A stretch of DNA of 63,741 nt, counting the filler, from Octopus bimaculoides (lineage: Eukaryota): NCBI RefSeq assembly GCF_001194135.2. It is 6 parts of 5 records of this genome, joined end to end, with 100 filler letters (N's around TTAATTAATTAA, not from the genome) between each part and the next. Parts side by side here need not be neighbours in the genome. Positions count along the whole stretch, not along the records: positions 1 to 13,726 come from NC_069002.1; positions 13,827 to 21,004 come from NC_068996.1; positions 21,105 to 51,159 come from NC_068996.1; 3 more parts are not named here. One strand, written 5' to 3'. A model generated the notes under the pieces. That model had not been told where the DNA came from and did not search any database. It was given only the letters and a program-made list of their open reading frames with translations. Made by a program: the position numbers and the translations under genes. Positions 12,325 to 24,759 of the stretch are shown piece after piece (the stretch's first letter is position 1; each line of letters starts with the position of its first letter).

Positions 12325-13726
12325 AGAAACGCCAACGTTTCTTTGAACACAACAAACAGTTCAAATCCAACCCCAAAAAACTCTGCCAAGAACTGGGTAA
12401 AAATAAAATAGACATTACTGCAGCACCAACAGCAGAAGAACTGGAAGAATTCTGGAAACAAATATGGTCTGTGAAGCAACAACCCCAGAAAAGGACCATT
12501 AAAACAACGAACTTAGCACCTGACCAACTCTGGACCCCTATAACAACTGAAGAGGTCACCCAGGCACTGCAAAGACTAAGCAACTGGAAGGCACCTTGGC
12601 ACGACAAGATTCCCAACTTCTGGTTAAAACACCTGACAGGAATGCACAAAAAGCTGGCAGAAAACTTTAACAACATACTAGCAGAGCCAGAGAAAATGCC
12701 TGAATGGCTCACGAAACGGAAAACCATCTTAATTCCCAAATTCACGGAAACGGAGAAACCACGAAACTATAGACCTATAACCTGTCTCCCTACGATCTAC
12801 AAAGCCGTTACTGCAATAATATCGCAGAGATTGAGTAAACACCTGGAAAATAACAACCTGTTTCCAGAAGAGCAGAATGGATGCTGCAAGGGCTCATACG
12901 GCTGTAAAGATCAATTATTGATCAATAAAGCCATAACTGAAGACAGCCGCAGANNNNNNNNNNNNNNNNNNNNNNNNNNNNNNNNNNNNNNNNNNNNNNN
13001 NNNNNNNNNNNNNNNNNNNNNNNNNNNNNNNNNNNNNNNNNNNNNNNNNNNNNNNNNNNNNNNNNNNNNNNNNNNNNNNNNNNNNNNNNNNNNNNNNNNN
13101 NNNNNNNNNNNNNNNNNNNNNNNNNNNNNNNNCCTTTAACTGAATTGCTAAATAGAACTAGATGCGGATAGAAATGTTACGGGAAAACAGTCAGCCACCT
13201 TTTATATATGGATGACCTAAAATTATACGCTAAAAATGACAAAGAGCTGGAAACACTACTACAGACAGTACATGGCTTTACCAAGGAAATAAATATGAAA
13301 TTCGGATTAGAAAAATGTGCCAAAGCAACCCTGAAAACAGGAAAATTAGTTAAAAGTAGCAACATCACACTAGATAAAGCCAATGAAATAAGAGAACTAG
13401 ACGAAATACAACCATACAAATATTTAGGAGTCAATGAACTAGATAGGATACAACACACACAAATGAAAGAAAAAATAAAGAAAGAGTACTATAGACGAGT
13501 TAGATCAATACTAAAAACAGAGCTCAATGCTAAAAACAAGAATATAGGTATTAACACTTTAGCTGTCCCACTTATAAGCTACAGCTACAATATCCTTAAC
13601 TGGACACTAAACGAACTATCTAAAATAAACAGGAAAACAAGAAAAATAATGACAGGATCTAGGATGCACAACCCAAAATCTGACATAGAAAGGCTATATA
13701 TACAACGTACAGGGTGGCAGGGGTCT
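12325..13726 (+). mobile_element. R4/Dong-clade LINE, copy E (RT region), 5'-truncated against (GAA)n
   Basis: ORFs 12471-13139 and 13208-13726 contain NWKAP, NYRPITCLPTIYK, EEQNGC, YMDDLKLYAK, YKYLGVNE, INTLAVPLISYS, SDIERLY. Close homolog of copy A in the opposite orientation. Confidence 0.92.
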
Positions 13727-13826
13727 NNNNNNNNNNNNNNNNNNNNNNNNNNNNNNNNNNNNNNNNNNNNTTAATTAATTAANNNNNNNNNNNNNNNNNN
13801 NNNNNNNNNNNNNNNNNNNNNNNNNN
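13727..13826. other. Synthetic 100-bp scaffold spacer (44 N + TTAATTAATTAA + 44 N)
   Basis: Counted 44/12/44. The 12-mer has stop codons in all six frames. Identical to four other spacers. Confidence 0.95.
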
Positions 13827-14346
13827 ATATATATATATATATATTCTCATTTAGTGCCTTATAATTTAACACACTCACCGGTAAAATGTCCACTCATTTA
13901 TTTATTTATTTTGTTTTTCTTTTACTGGTACAAGTATTGGTGTGCGACCGAATTGAGGTACCACTTTCAAGAGCTTATAATTGATTATAATGTTCCCAGT
14001 CCTTAGCTTAATATCATATTTTGAATAACGTGAGGCAAGAATCGTAGATTAACTTTGACAAAATAAGAATAAAGCCGGCACACGCGGGCCCGCATACCAC
14101 AAAACATACACTCAAACTCGCACGTACACATAAACACACTAGCTAACACGCTATCTTAAAGATAACATGTTTGTAATTATGCGCGCGCGCGTGTAATTGT
14201 GTGCGCGTATGTGCCCACAGACATATAATATATATACACACACACACATAGGCACACACTTATATATGCATATATATACATGCGTACTTGCGTCTGTATG
14301 TATGTATGTGTGTGTGTGTGTGCATATATATATGTATTCACACATG

Positions 14347-14377
<31 letters not shown>

Positions 14378-14938
14378 ACACACACACACACAAATACAAA
14401 TACAAATACACAAACACTCCTTTGTTATGCAGAAAGGAAAACGATAGTCAGTTGGAGTGCCTTTTACTATGTGCACACATATATGCATTTAGACATACAC
14501 GTATTCACACATACATGTAATTACACATACATATATTTACCCATCCATGCATTTACACACACATGCATTCATACATACAGGCATTCACACAAACGTGCCT
14601 TTTCTCCAGCTATTATAATGGTCCTGTTCCTTCGAGTTAGCCGGCTGGCTTATATGTGATCCTTTCATCACCCTTGTTGTGTCAACTCTCGTTCAGGCCG
14701 TGCACTAAGCACCAATCACAATGTCCAGTTCTTCCTACCCAGAACATCGGCTGACCCTTTCATTTTCTCTTGGCTCATATCTTTCGAGTAGATGTTGACT
14801 TGCAATGGTTCATGAGAATTATTAATGACATCAACAGTTCTTGTCTCGAAGAGCCTGTGAAGGTTCTATGTACTGGCCCTTCCTTGATGCCCGTAAGAAA
14901 AAAAAGTGATAGGATGTCATTTGAAAGTAGGGTATAGC

Positions 14939-15175
14939 GAAGGTGTGTGGGCAAGATCATGGTTTCGATTCCCGGACCGGGCGGTACGTTGAGTTATTGG
15001 GCAAGATACTTTATTTCATATTGCTCCAGTCCACTCAACTGTAGATAACAGTGCGACAGAGTGGCGTCACATTCAGAGGGAATGTTGTGATTCGGTCACT
15101 TATACTTCATGGAAACCGGGTAACTAGCCTTGTGAGTTCTAGGTCTCGAGATATTAATGCCCAGGGTTGATGATG
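14939..15175 (+). mobile_element. tRNA-derived SINE, diverged
   Basis: B-box GGTTTCGATTCC followed by GGGCAAGATACTTTATTTCA..GCTCCAGTCCACTCA, homologous to 23845-24190; ends in a (GAT)n tail. Confidence 0.7.
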
Positions 15176-15459
15176 ATGGTGATAATAATGTAAATGATTA
15201 TGTGATTTGAAGGAACTTTAGCTGCTATTTCTAGCAGATGGAACGAATATGTAGATGTTCATTTACTGGCTCCATTCCCGACAGGTATCTTATCCAGCTA
15301 AACATTCCTTGAGATATCTTCGCGTTCCCACCTAGGTGAATGAAAACAATGTGATGGTAATAGAAAATTTCCTATTCACGGATATATTTCGAAATACTGA
15401 AAATGTGTTTGAACTCGTGTAGTAACCATTACCTTTATTGATCCGATCTTTTCTTTGCA

Positions 15460-15650
15460 ACGAGTAACCGACAGATTCGTTAGAGCGTCGGACAAAATGC
15501 CTCCCAGTATTTTGTTACAGCTCTTTACGTCTAAATTCAAGTTGCCCCGAAATCAACTATACCTTTCCTTCCTTGAGATGAATAAAATGAACAATGAGTC
15601 AAGCACTGGATCGATATAATTAGCCATTCTCTTCCTCCAAAATTTCTGCC
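15460..15650 (+). mobile_element. tRNA-derived SINE, diverged
   Basis: GATTCGTTAGAGCGTCGGACAAAATGC head; body similar to 22744-22935 and 49221-49440. Confidence 0.55.
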
Positions 15651-15802
15651 CATTTGCCAAAAAATTTTGAAGATAATAAAACAGTCAATTACATCATCTC
15701 TCNNNNNNNNNNNNNNNNNNNNNNNNNNNNNNNNNNNNNNNNNNNNNNNNNNNNNNNNNNNNNNNNNNNNNNNNNNNNNNNNNNNNNNNNNNNNNNNNNN
15801 NN

Positions 15803-18050
15803 GTGTGGTTGTGTGCATTTTCTTTATTGTTCTTTGCTGTTTGTTTGTTCTTAGTTGTTGCAGGCAAAGTGTCCGTTGTCTTTTTTGGCGGTGCTGTTGA
15901 TGGTGGCAGCGGTCGTGGTGATGCTGTTCTTTTCGTATGGTTTGTTGTTGGTGTATTTTGATGCTTTTGTCTGTCTTTGGTGTTGGTAAAAGTCCAGGCT
16001 TGGTGGTATTTGGCGATTGTTGTTGTTGTTGCTCTCGCTGTTCATGCTGTTGTTGTTGTTGTTGTTGTGGTTGTTGTTGCTGCTCTCGTTCCTGTGGTGG
16101 TTGATGTTTGGCCGTGCTTGGACAAGAAGCCCTAAAATGGTTCTTGCCTCCGCACAGGGAACATCGGGGACGTCGGCCCTACACGACTACGTGCGAATTG
16201 GTGCCATTAGCTAGCTCAATGCTGTCCGTAATGGCTTCGATAATGGAGGGTTCGATTTGCGCCAAAAGCTCAATACTTTTCCCGAGCCAATTGTCTTCTT
16301 CGAAAACGGTGATATTTATAATGTTCATTTTTTGTTTATGTCCATGCAAAATTGCAGAGACCACCCACGACGGTTGTATTTCAGGGGGAATGTCTTTTAC
16401 TTTTATTTTGGTTACCCGCTTTCCGAGGTAAGACGGGACCATTATTATTTTGTCTGTTTGTAGTGTTTGTGTGGAGAAAGATTTTGCGTGCTCTTTAGTC
16501 TTGAAACGAAGTTCCACAGTGCCAAAAGATTTGCCTCTTGATATTTGATTTAAGGGACCAGAGCGGCCTCAAACAGCGTTCAATTTCCTGCTGATTGAAA
16601 TGCTCAATCCTTTTAGTCGTTTTATTGTGCACTTTATAAATGATTGTTTTTTTGTTTATGTCGTCTGATATTTCTTTGGGTGTATGCAAAACAATTTTGT
16701 GGCCGACTTTTGACAAGAGAGTTTCCCNNNNNNNNNNGCCAAAAGCTCAATACTTTTCCCGAGCCAATTGTCTTCTTCGAAAACAGTGATATTTATAATG
16801 TTCATTTTTTGTTTATGTCCATGCAAAATTGCAGAGACCACCCACGACGGTTGTATTTCAGGGGGAATGTCTTTTACTTTTATTTTGGTTACCCGCTTTC
16901 CGAGGTAAGACGGGACCATTATTATTTTGTCTGTTTGTAGTGTTTGTGTGGAGAAAGATTTTGCGTGCTCTTTAGTCTTGAAACGAAGTTCCACAGTGCC
17001 AAAAGATTTGCCTCTTGATATTTGATTTAAGGGACCAGAGCGGCCTCAAACAGCGTTCAATTTCCTGCTGATTGAAATGCTCAATCCTTTTAGTCGTTTT
17101 ATTGTGCACTTTATAAATGATTGTTTTTTTGTTTATGTCGTCTGATATTTCTTTGGGTGTATGCAAAACAATTTTGTGGCCGACTTTTGACAAGAGAGTT
17201 TCCCCAAATTCCAGTTCTGATTGCGTTAATGTAATGGTTTTCTTTGCCGTTTTCAGTAAACTGGCAAAATTGTTCATTGTATTCGCTCTTGGAGTGTTTA
17301 CATTTTTCGCTGTCTCCTCAATAGACGGGGTAGTCGTCATTTCCAGTGTGGTAGTTAAAGGTAATTTTGATGTTATTGTGTTCTCCCTGTTCTCTTCAAT
17401 GAGAAGAAGGTTTACGTTATGGTCATTAATTTCCTTAATTTCTGTATTTACAGCGGAAGTGGCACTCGTATCCACTTGAGTAGTAGTGGGAGGAGGTGAA
17501 GGTAACAAGTAGGTACCATGTATTTTGAGATCATTTGGTGTGTGTGTCTGTGGTAAAGGTGTGAATTCTATTTCATTCATGACGAGCGGATTGGTTTTTT
17601 GATAGTCTGATTTGAGTGGCGTAGTATTTTTTATTTCATTCATGTTTGACGTGTTGACGTCATCCTGTGTATGTACGCGTGTGTTCCTTGAGCGTTTATC
17701 GTCATTCTCATCAAAGACAGTTTCTTGTTCTATGTTATTTTTATCGTCATGACAACTCTGAACATTGTCGAGATGAAGAACGCAGTTAGCCATTTTGTTC
17801 AAAAAGAATTAATTTTTTAAAATAAAAATGTAGTAATGCTTTTGAAAAATTCAAGCCTAAAAAGGCCGAAGTTTTCCGGGATACTTTCTCAAAATTCAGA
17901 TGAAACTTAAACCAACACAATATACAAAAATTATGCGCTCAAGGCGCCTGAAAACAGATAAAATTTGAACTTACTCAGGAGACGGATTTTCGACACAACA
18001 TCCAGACGATAGATAGGACGGCACAGGACACTACAAACATTTAAGAGAAT
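15803..18050 (-). mobile_element. Tx1/L1-type LINE 5' part: 5' UTR + gag-like ORF1 (frameshift and stop)
   Basis: ATG at 17793. An S/T-rich N-terminus is followed by GTVELRFKTKEHAK..SYLGKRVTKIKVKDIPPEI, then VVV*GRRP and a CCHC knuckle CSLCGGKNHFRASC (16122-16163), then a Q-rich tail into a 100-N gap. The 5' boundary is approximate. Confidence 0.75.
16261..17204. repeat. 467-bp direct duplication around a 10-N gap (probable unmerged contig overlap)
   Basis: 16261-16727 matches 16738-17204; the only difference I saw is G16308/A16785. Confidence 0.9.
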
Positions 18051-18119
18051 TACTTAGTGAGTTTGTAAGAGTCGTTTTTGTTTTTGAAAAAATATATATA
18101 ACATATACTGTTATATATG

Positions 18120-20125
18120 TTTTTTTTTTAAATAAAAATTTCAAATTATCCCTTTTCCCCCTCCTTTTTGGCTTGTCCAGCGACTACACTCTGCTTTTAC
18201 CATGGAAAAGATTAAGAAGAGGCATTCATTCCCAACTTACTTGCCACATCCTTCCATCTTTTATCATACACCCTTCTCGACAGGTGCCACCTATCCAGCC
18301 TTATCGTACTTTTCAGGTGATACCTGAAGTATTGTAGCATTCCAGTGCCAGAGATGAAGGCTCCTGTCTTCATACCTTGCATTACAGTTCTCCATGCACA
18401 CTCTTTCATTACTGCGACTGTACATTGAAAACATGCCTCACCTTCCTTGGATAGTCCGGTGGGCGATACACTCTTAATCATAGAATCAGCTGATAGCTGT
18501 GCTCTTCCTAGGTGTGACAGCACGTGTTCTACGTAAATTGTCAACTCCGAAAGTTGAGCACACTGTACAAGAGCGTGCAGGATAGTTTCCTTATCCTGCT
18601 CACATTCGGGTGGCACTGAGAATCCGTGCCTGGACAATTTCTCGTGAACAGGTAACGCATTCCTAAAACACTGCCAGGTTAGGGATCTTTGGTAGTTATC
18701 CAAATACCCCGCCCTGAAAGTGTTCTGAAACAGTTTGGATAACTGTTTCTCCTAGAACGTCGTCACTTTTGTATTCTACCAACCCTTTATAAAATGCAGA
18801 GGTGGTATTCCCGCTGCCGGCCTTACCTGCCTTGTGGATTAGCGCAAGTGCCTACCGACATTCCTTTTGCCATTCAGTCGTTTTTTGTCTTTTAATCAAA
18901 TCGGGTTTTAATTTTTCCAGGGAGGCTGGTCGTGGAAAGAATTCTCTTGCGAGCGAATTCCACACCTGACCACCATCCAGGTAAAGCCAGAGATGCCTTA
19001 GTCTCAGTGCATGTTTGCACATCATTAACCACGGCATCCCTAAGCCACTTTTTAACGGTTTTTGACAGCACACGGAGCGCCTCACAAGTGCCTTTCCCCT
19101 CCACAAAAAGCGGAAGAAAATCCGAACCAGCTTGTTTAGCCATGAATCGGAGCAAGGGACGACGGTCAGACGGTAGGTGATAACTGACGAAATAAACGTC
19201 TGCACCACCTCCGCCCTTCCTTTCAGAGACAACGCCCTTCCGTACCAGGTCCGGGTTAGCGTTTCTCCCCTGTCCGTCACCTCACTCCAATTCTTCTCCG
19301 TCTGGGAGTCCGGACCAAGCCAAACTCCGAGCAACTTAACAGGACCATCGGTACAGTGCCCTACGACACTGGACGTTATCGACTTGCTGCTCCAGGTGCC
19401 GAACTGCAAACTGACAGACTTGTCCTTGTTAACTGTTGCTCCTGCCACCGTCTCGTATCTTCTGATTGCCTCAGCCACACGAGGTATCTTGGATACGGTG
19501 ATGGTGACGTCATCCTCATATGCAGAGACACTCTTTCCACATCCGAGTTCATTACAGGTGCTTCCCAAATTCTCCAACTTCTGCAGCAATGGTTCGAGAG
19601 TCAGTATATACAGGAGCGGAGACAGGGAGCACCCTTGACGAACTGAACGCTTGATCTCGAACGGTTACGACAAGTAACCGTTCAGGTGGACTGTGGATTT
19701 GATGCCACCATAAATGGCCTTGATCAAACCGTGGAAATCTGGGCCCAGCCCAGCCGCCTCAAGGACTGCCGCCTCAAGGACTGCCACCTCAAGGACTGCC
19801 GCCAGGTACTAATGGTCAATCCTATCGAAAGCTTTGCTTTGGTCTAAATGGACCAGTGCCCCACCTTTACCGGATACTTTCCCCACCTTTACCGGATACT
19901 TTCCCCACCCTGTCTAAGGATCGACCTGCCAGGGATGGCACAAGTTTGTGCCATTCCGACAAGATTCTCCGCGACAACCGCCAACCTTGTTGCTAACACC
20001 TTCGCCAAAATCTTTAACTCTATATTTAGTAGAGTTATGGGCCTGAAATTGCTAATATAATTCCCCTTGCTCGGGTCTTTTCTGACCAGTGTTACTACTC
20101 CCCGGTTCACAGAGCTGAGAATTCT
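18120..20125 (-). mobile_element. 5'-truncated Tx1/L1-type LINE ORF2 (RT + C-terminal zinc region), 3' UTR and A-tract
   Basis: Minus strand: NFRPITLLNIELKILAKVLATRL, LDQSKAFDRIDH, SVRQGCSLSPLLY, SAYEDD (19509-19520; catalytic YADD altered), KLLGVWLG, LSLKGRAEV, GLGMP, WQCFRNALPV..ETILHALVQC. A10 at 18120-18129. Internal 15-bp x3 (19756-19800) and 22-bp x2 (19859-19902) tandem duplications. Confidence 0.92.
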
Positions 20126-20145
20126 CCCATTACGTTTTTAGTTTA

Positions 20146-20441
20146 TGTACACGCAAGCCAGCATGTGTCCGAGCAAGTCGAGCATACTACTATAGAACTC
20201 GTAGGGCAGACCATCCAGTCCCAGCGACTTGTCCCGAGCGCATTCGGCCAGCACCTCCCTGGGGCTATAAAAGTCGGTAGCACTCTCCTGTATAGGACGC
20301 CACTCTTGGTTGGCAATTATATGTTACGATTCCGTATTGTTACTGTTTATATCGCATTCAGAGATTTAATATATATACATACCCCACTCCTCTCGTATAT
20401 ATATTTTGTTGTTGTTGGCATCTTTTTTGTCTCGGGAGACA
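20146..20441 (+). mobile_element. Possible LTR (about 296 bp)
   Basis: Starts TGT, has TATAAAA at 20266-20272, ends ACA, and is followed by TGG at 20443 (PBS-like). No TSD and no internal domain seen. Confidence 0.3.
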
Positions 20442-20489
20442 ATGGAGTCGCGCATAAAATAATCTAGTCCGGTTTTTACATTTCATGTC

Positions 20490-20612
20490 GTAATACATCT
20501 CCTGCTGTGTCCAAGCCATCTCATACGTCTTTGTGTGAGGAGTGCAAACATGCTTGGTATTCCTGATTGCTTGAGGACATCTTTGTTGGGGACACGATTC
20601 TGCCATTTGATG
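20490..20612 (-). mobile_element. RTE-clade LINE fragment (post-RT region)
   Basis: Minus strand IKWQNRVPNKDVLKQSGIPSMFALLTQRRMRWLGH, typical of the RTE/BovB C-terminal region. Confidence 0.72.
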
Positions 20613-21004
20613 CTTTGACGGACGGAGGCGAATACTGTATCTTATTTATAATGCTTTTGATTTGTAAGATATAATAAATATTATTATTTCTTAAGTAAGA
20701 AGCTATGATGGTAAACTCGTCACTTAATGATAAGTATTTATTACCATGCATAACTCTTAATTCAGGCTGCATAAATGTTATAATGAATTATACACATCAA
20801 GACGCTGAACGTGCGTTTTATGCGTGCATGTATGTTGAAGATATGGATTCGCATTCTTCTAACCGTCACATAAAAAATACACAGTTTCATAAATACAGAA
20901 ATAAATTTAACAAGTTGAAAGAACGTGAAGTAAAAGAAAATAATTTCTACATTAGTTTGTTTTTTATGTTTTCAAAAGCTTGTAATTGTTTTTCTTTTAA
21001 AGTT

Positions 21005-21104
21005 NNNNNNNNNNNNNNNNNNNNNNNNNNNNNNNNNNNNNNNNNNNNTTAATTAATTAANNNNNNNNNNNNNNNNNNNNNNNNNNNNNNNNNNNNNNNN
21101 NNNN
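21005..21104. other. Synthetic 100-bp scaffold spacer
   Basis: 44 N + TTAATTAATTAA (21049-21060) + 44 N. Confidence 0.95.
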
Positions 21105-21275
21105 TATATATATATATGTATATATATACATACATACACACACATATATATATATATATATGTATGAGCATATACATTAATATATATATATATATATTCA
21201 TATTTGTATATATACACCTATTTATGTATGTATTTATGTGCCTATCTATTTATCAATATATATGTATGTATATGC

Positions 21276-21306
<31 letters not shown>

Positions 21307-21760
21307 CGTGTATATATATATATATATATTTATGGACATATATATACGTGCGCATGTACATACGCTTCCCTCCCAAGAACACACTCACGCAAACACGTAT
21401 GTATCCATGAACCTTTCTCTTTTGTGCACCTTTTTTTACAGATACCTTACCTAACACATATAAGTATGCATATGATATATGTGAATGTATGTAATTTATG
21501 ACATTCGTGTGCCAAATTCACTCTGAAATGTATGTTTCATCGTAAGGTCATAACGTCGAATTGCCAAAATCGTTATGTGTCTCGCTTTAGGACTTGTATA
21601 ACATGGTTTTATAAAGCGTAATACTTATCCGTTCACTGGAATATGGATGCAGTTCATCCACGAAAATTTACTAGTGCTGAAAGTCCCGATAAAACACCGC
21701 TTCTCAGCATTGCTGACTTTGTACCTTAATCAGAAACGATTGATGTTTTTGTTGTTGTTC

Positions 21761-21911
<151 letters not shown>

Positions 21912-22454
21912 TTGTGTGAGACACCATTGCTTGCCATCAAAATGACATTGGAGTACAAATATACGAAGCCCAGTATACCCATCATGACCAGCTGTCTGAT
22001 AAGGGTACACCAGACATGTGTATCATAACGATATGTGCACAACACGATCGATCTCATATCAATATAAATATCGCCTGTCCTTGCAGGTGGGGCCTAGTTA
22101 GAATTTTCTTCAGGTCGCGTAGTCTATCCCGCTCAAAAATTCCCTGAATAAGGTTTATTTAAGGATGATGAACGAGACACCCATATTTCCAAAGGTGAAT
22201 TATTCAGATCCAAAAGATATATGGCTATGATGATTCCCCCACTACTTCTGCTCGTGATCAGAGATGCACATATCGTCAGTTACCAAGGGACATGCTCAAC
22301 TGGTTAAGATCAAACAATTGACAAGCAAATCTGTGGTATTAAGCAGAATATTTGCTGTAGCCCATGTTTTATACCAAGACAAAACAATGTACATGATAAC
22401 ACTGCCAATCTGTTAAGATCAAAAGCCATGACAGCCAATGCCTAGTATTGCATC
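21912..22454. mobile_element. Unclassified interspersed repeat between two (TTA)n tracts
   Basis: Complex sequence bracketed by TTA tracts. It resembles an octopus interspersed repeat from recollection only; no motif assigned. Confidence 0.3.
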
Positions 22455-22523
<69 letters not shown>

Positions 22524-22524
<1 letters not shown>

Positions 22525-22730
22525 TTCGAGTGTGGCCGTTTTCGTGCGGGTGACACGTAAAAGCACCCACTACACTCTTGAGTGGTTGGCGTTAGGAAGG
22601 GCATCCAGCTGTAGAAACTCTGCCAAATTAGATTGGAGCCTGGTGTAGCCATTCGGTTGCACCAGTCCTCAGTCAAATCGTCCAACCCATGCTAGCATGG
22701 AAAGCGGACGTTAAACGATGATGATGATGA
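22524..22730 (+). mobile_element. SINE/RTE-related 3' tail element ending in (GAT)n
   Basis: Ends CCCATGCTAGCATGGAAAGCGGACGTTAAACGATGATGATG; the same tail recurs at about 59520-59570. Confidence 0.7.
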
Positions 22731-22743
22731 TTATTATTATTAT

Positions 22744-22935
22744 TAAGGTGGCGAAGAAGCAGAATCATTAGTAAGTTGGACAAAATTCTAAGCGGAATTT
22801 ACTCAGTATTTTACCTTCTGATTTCAGATACCATCGAGGTCAATTATGCATGTTTATTCCTAGGTCGACAAGATATAGTACCAGTTCCGTACTGGAGTCT
22901 ATGATATTTGGCTAAACTCCCTCTTCTCAAAGTTG
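22744..22935 (+). mobile_element. tRNA-derived SINE, diverged
   Basis: GGCGAAGAAGCAGAATCATTAG head; homologous to 49221-49440. Confidence 0.5.
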
Positions 22936-23048
22936 CTGATGTGTTTCGGTCTCGAAAATTATACACGCACACACACACACATACACACACACACACACAC
23001 ACGCATACACACACACACACACACACANNNNNNNNNNACTCGTACACG

Positions 23049-23097
<49 letters not shown>

Positions 23098-23844
23098 TAT
23101 GTGCAGGTGGTGGCATGCTTTCTAAACAAGTAGAAGCGGCACACAATTTGATCTATTCAATATTATTCATAGATGCATGCATTTTTTCAAAAGTATTTTG
23201 ATGTATTTTTACGATGATTTATGTATACACGTGATTATATAAATATTAGTTTGTGTATGTGCATGTTTGTTTGTTTCCATGTGTGTATAAGAATATTCTA
23301 CTTTCTTAGGCAGAGAAGGAAATTTGGGAATTTTCTATGATATACAGAGAGCACATAGAAAGATTAATATGCAGAGAGACACACTCACACATAAAATACA
23401 TACGTATAAATTGATATGCCTTTATTTGTATATAGAGTGCAACTGAGCGCAGTTTATTCCCCAGATTTTCATTATCAGATTTTTTTTTGTGGTTATTTCT
23501 GTAAGTTTGTGTGTGTATGTGTGCGTGTCCGTGTATGTGTTTGTATTTGTGTCTATATTAGTGTTGGTCTATGTATGTATGTATGTGTGTGTGTGTGTAT
23601 GAGAGAGGAAGAGAAAGAGAGAGAGAGAGGGGGATGTGCATGAGAGAGAGCAAGAGGAGGAGGTGGTGGTGATATTCATGCACGATTGAAAGGTATTCGA
23701 GATGTACATAAAATTAGGCAATTCATATATATATATAGTATTCCTGTTTTATTTAAAATGATAACGGACATGGTTTTTATACAGGCAATATTTTGTTTTT
23801 AGAACAGTTGTTAATGCAGAATCACTATGTTAACTGGGTAACTT

Positions 23845-24190
23845 ATAGGCTAAAAACCCCCTTCGGTCATAAATAGCCATGGGATTGCACCTAGAAAGTT
23901 CCCTCCCCTCCGAGACACAAGTCAGAGCAAGAGTGTTTATGGAAGACCAGCAGTCACCCATGCATACCAGCCTCCCTTCTCCACACCACCATTTTTATCC
24001 AATGGAAAGGCAAAGGCCGATACAGTTTCGCACCAATGACGTCGCAACTCATTTCTACAGCTGAGTGAACTAAAGCAACGTGAGATAAAGTGTCTTGCTC
24101 AAGAACACAATACACAACCCGATCCGGGAATCGAACTCACTACCTCATGATCGTAAGCCCGACACTCCAACCACCGAACCATGCACCTTC
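23845..24190 (-). mobile_element. Near full-length tRNA-derived SINE
   Basis: Minus strand: A-box TGGTTCGGTGG, B-box GTTCGATTCCC, central TTGAGCAAGACACTTTA domain. Its 3' tail recurs twice at 41290-41550. Confidence 0.88.
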
Positions 24191-24454
24191 TGGTAGTTTA
24201 AGAGTACTTCATTCATTTATCACTATCGGTTTAATAGCACTTTTTCTATCACAATTTTTTTGATAAATGCATGTATATATGTCTATAAACACACACACAC
24301 ATACACGTGTGCGTATATTTATATATATATAATACGAATATACGTATATATTTATCATATATAAATAATAAGTCTATATTTTATATATATACCATATACA
24401 GAATTATGCATATATAATATATGTATATGATTGACCGTTGACTGAACACTATTC

Positions 24455-24625
24455 AATTTTTTTTCTCCGTGTTTTTCTCCTTGTCTCCGTATTCTTTCTG
24501 TTGAAGAGCGTAGCTCGAAACGTCAAAGACTTTCCGTATTCCCGAGCGTCATACTAATACATCCTTTTGTTATTTACACCGCCTGTCCTCGTCTGTTGTT
24601 ATTATTTGTATATTCTCCCTAATAT
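24455..24625 (+). mobile_element. Short repeat, probable Penelope-like terminal remnant
   Basis: Homologous to 57505-57665. Both carry TT(G)AAGAG-N5/6-CTCGAAACGT followed by a T-rich tail into (TA)n. The Penelope assignment is inference. Confidence 0.5.
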
Positions 24626-24709
24626 ATGTATATATATGTGTATGCATATATGTTATGTATGTATATATGTATGTATGTATGTATAGATAGATAGATAGAT
24701 AGATAGATG

Positions 24710-24759
<50 letters not shown>

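Noticed and set aside
14790-14900. Possible exon DVDLQWFMRIINDINSSCLEEPVKVLC.. with GTAAGA donor
   Set aside because: Weak splice context, adjacent to SINE debris, and no recognisable family.
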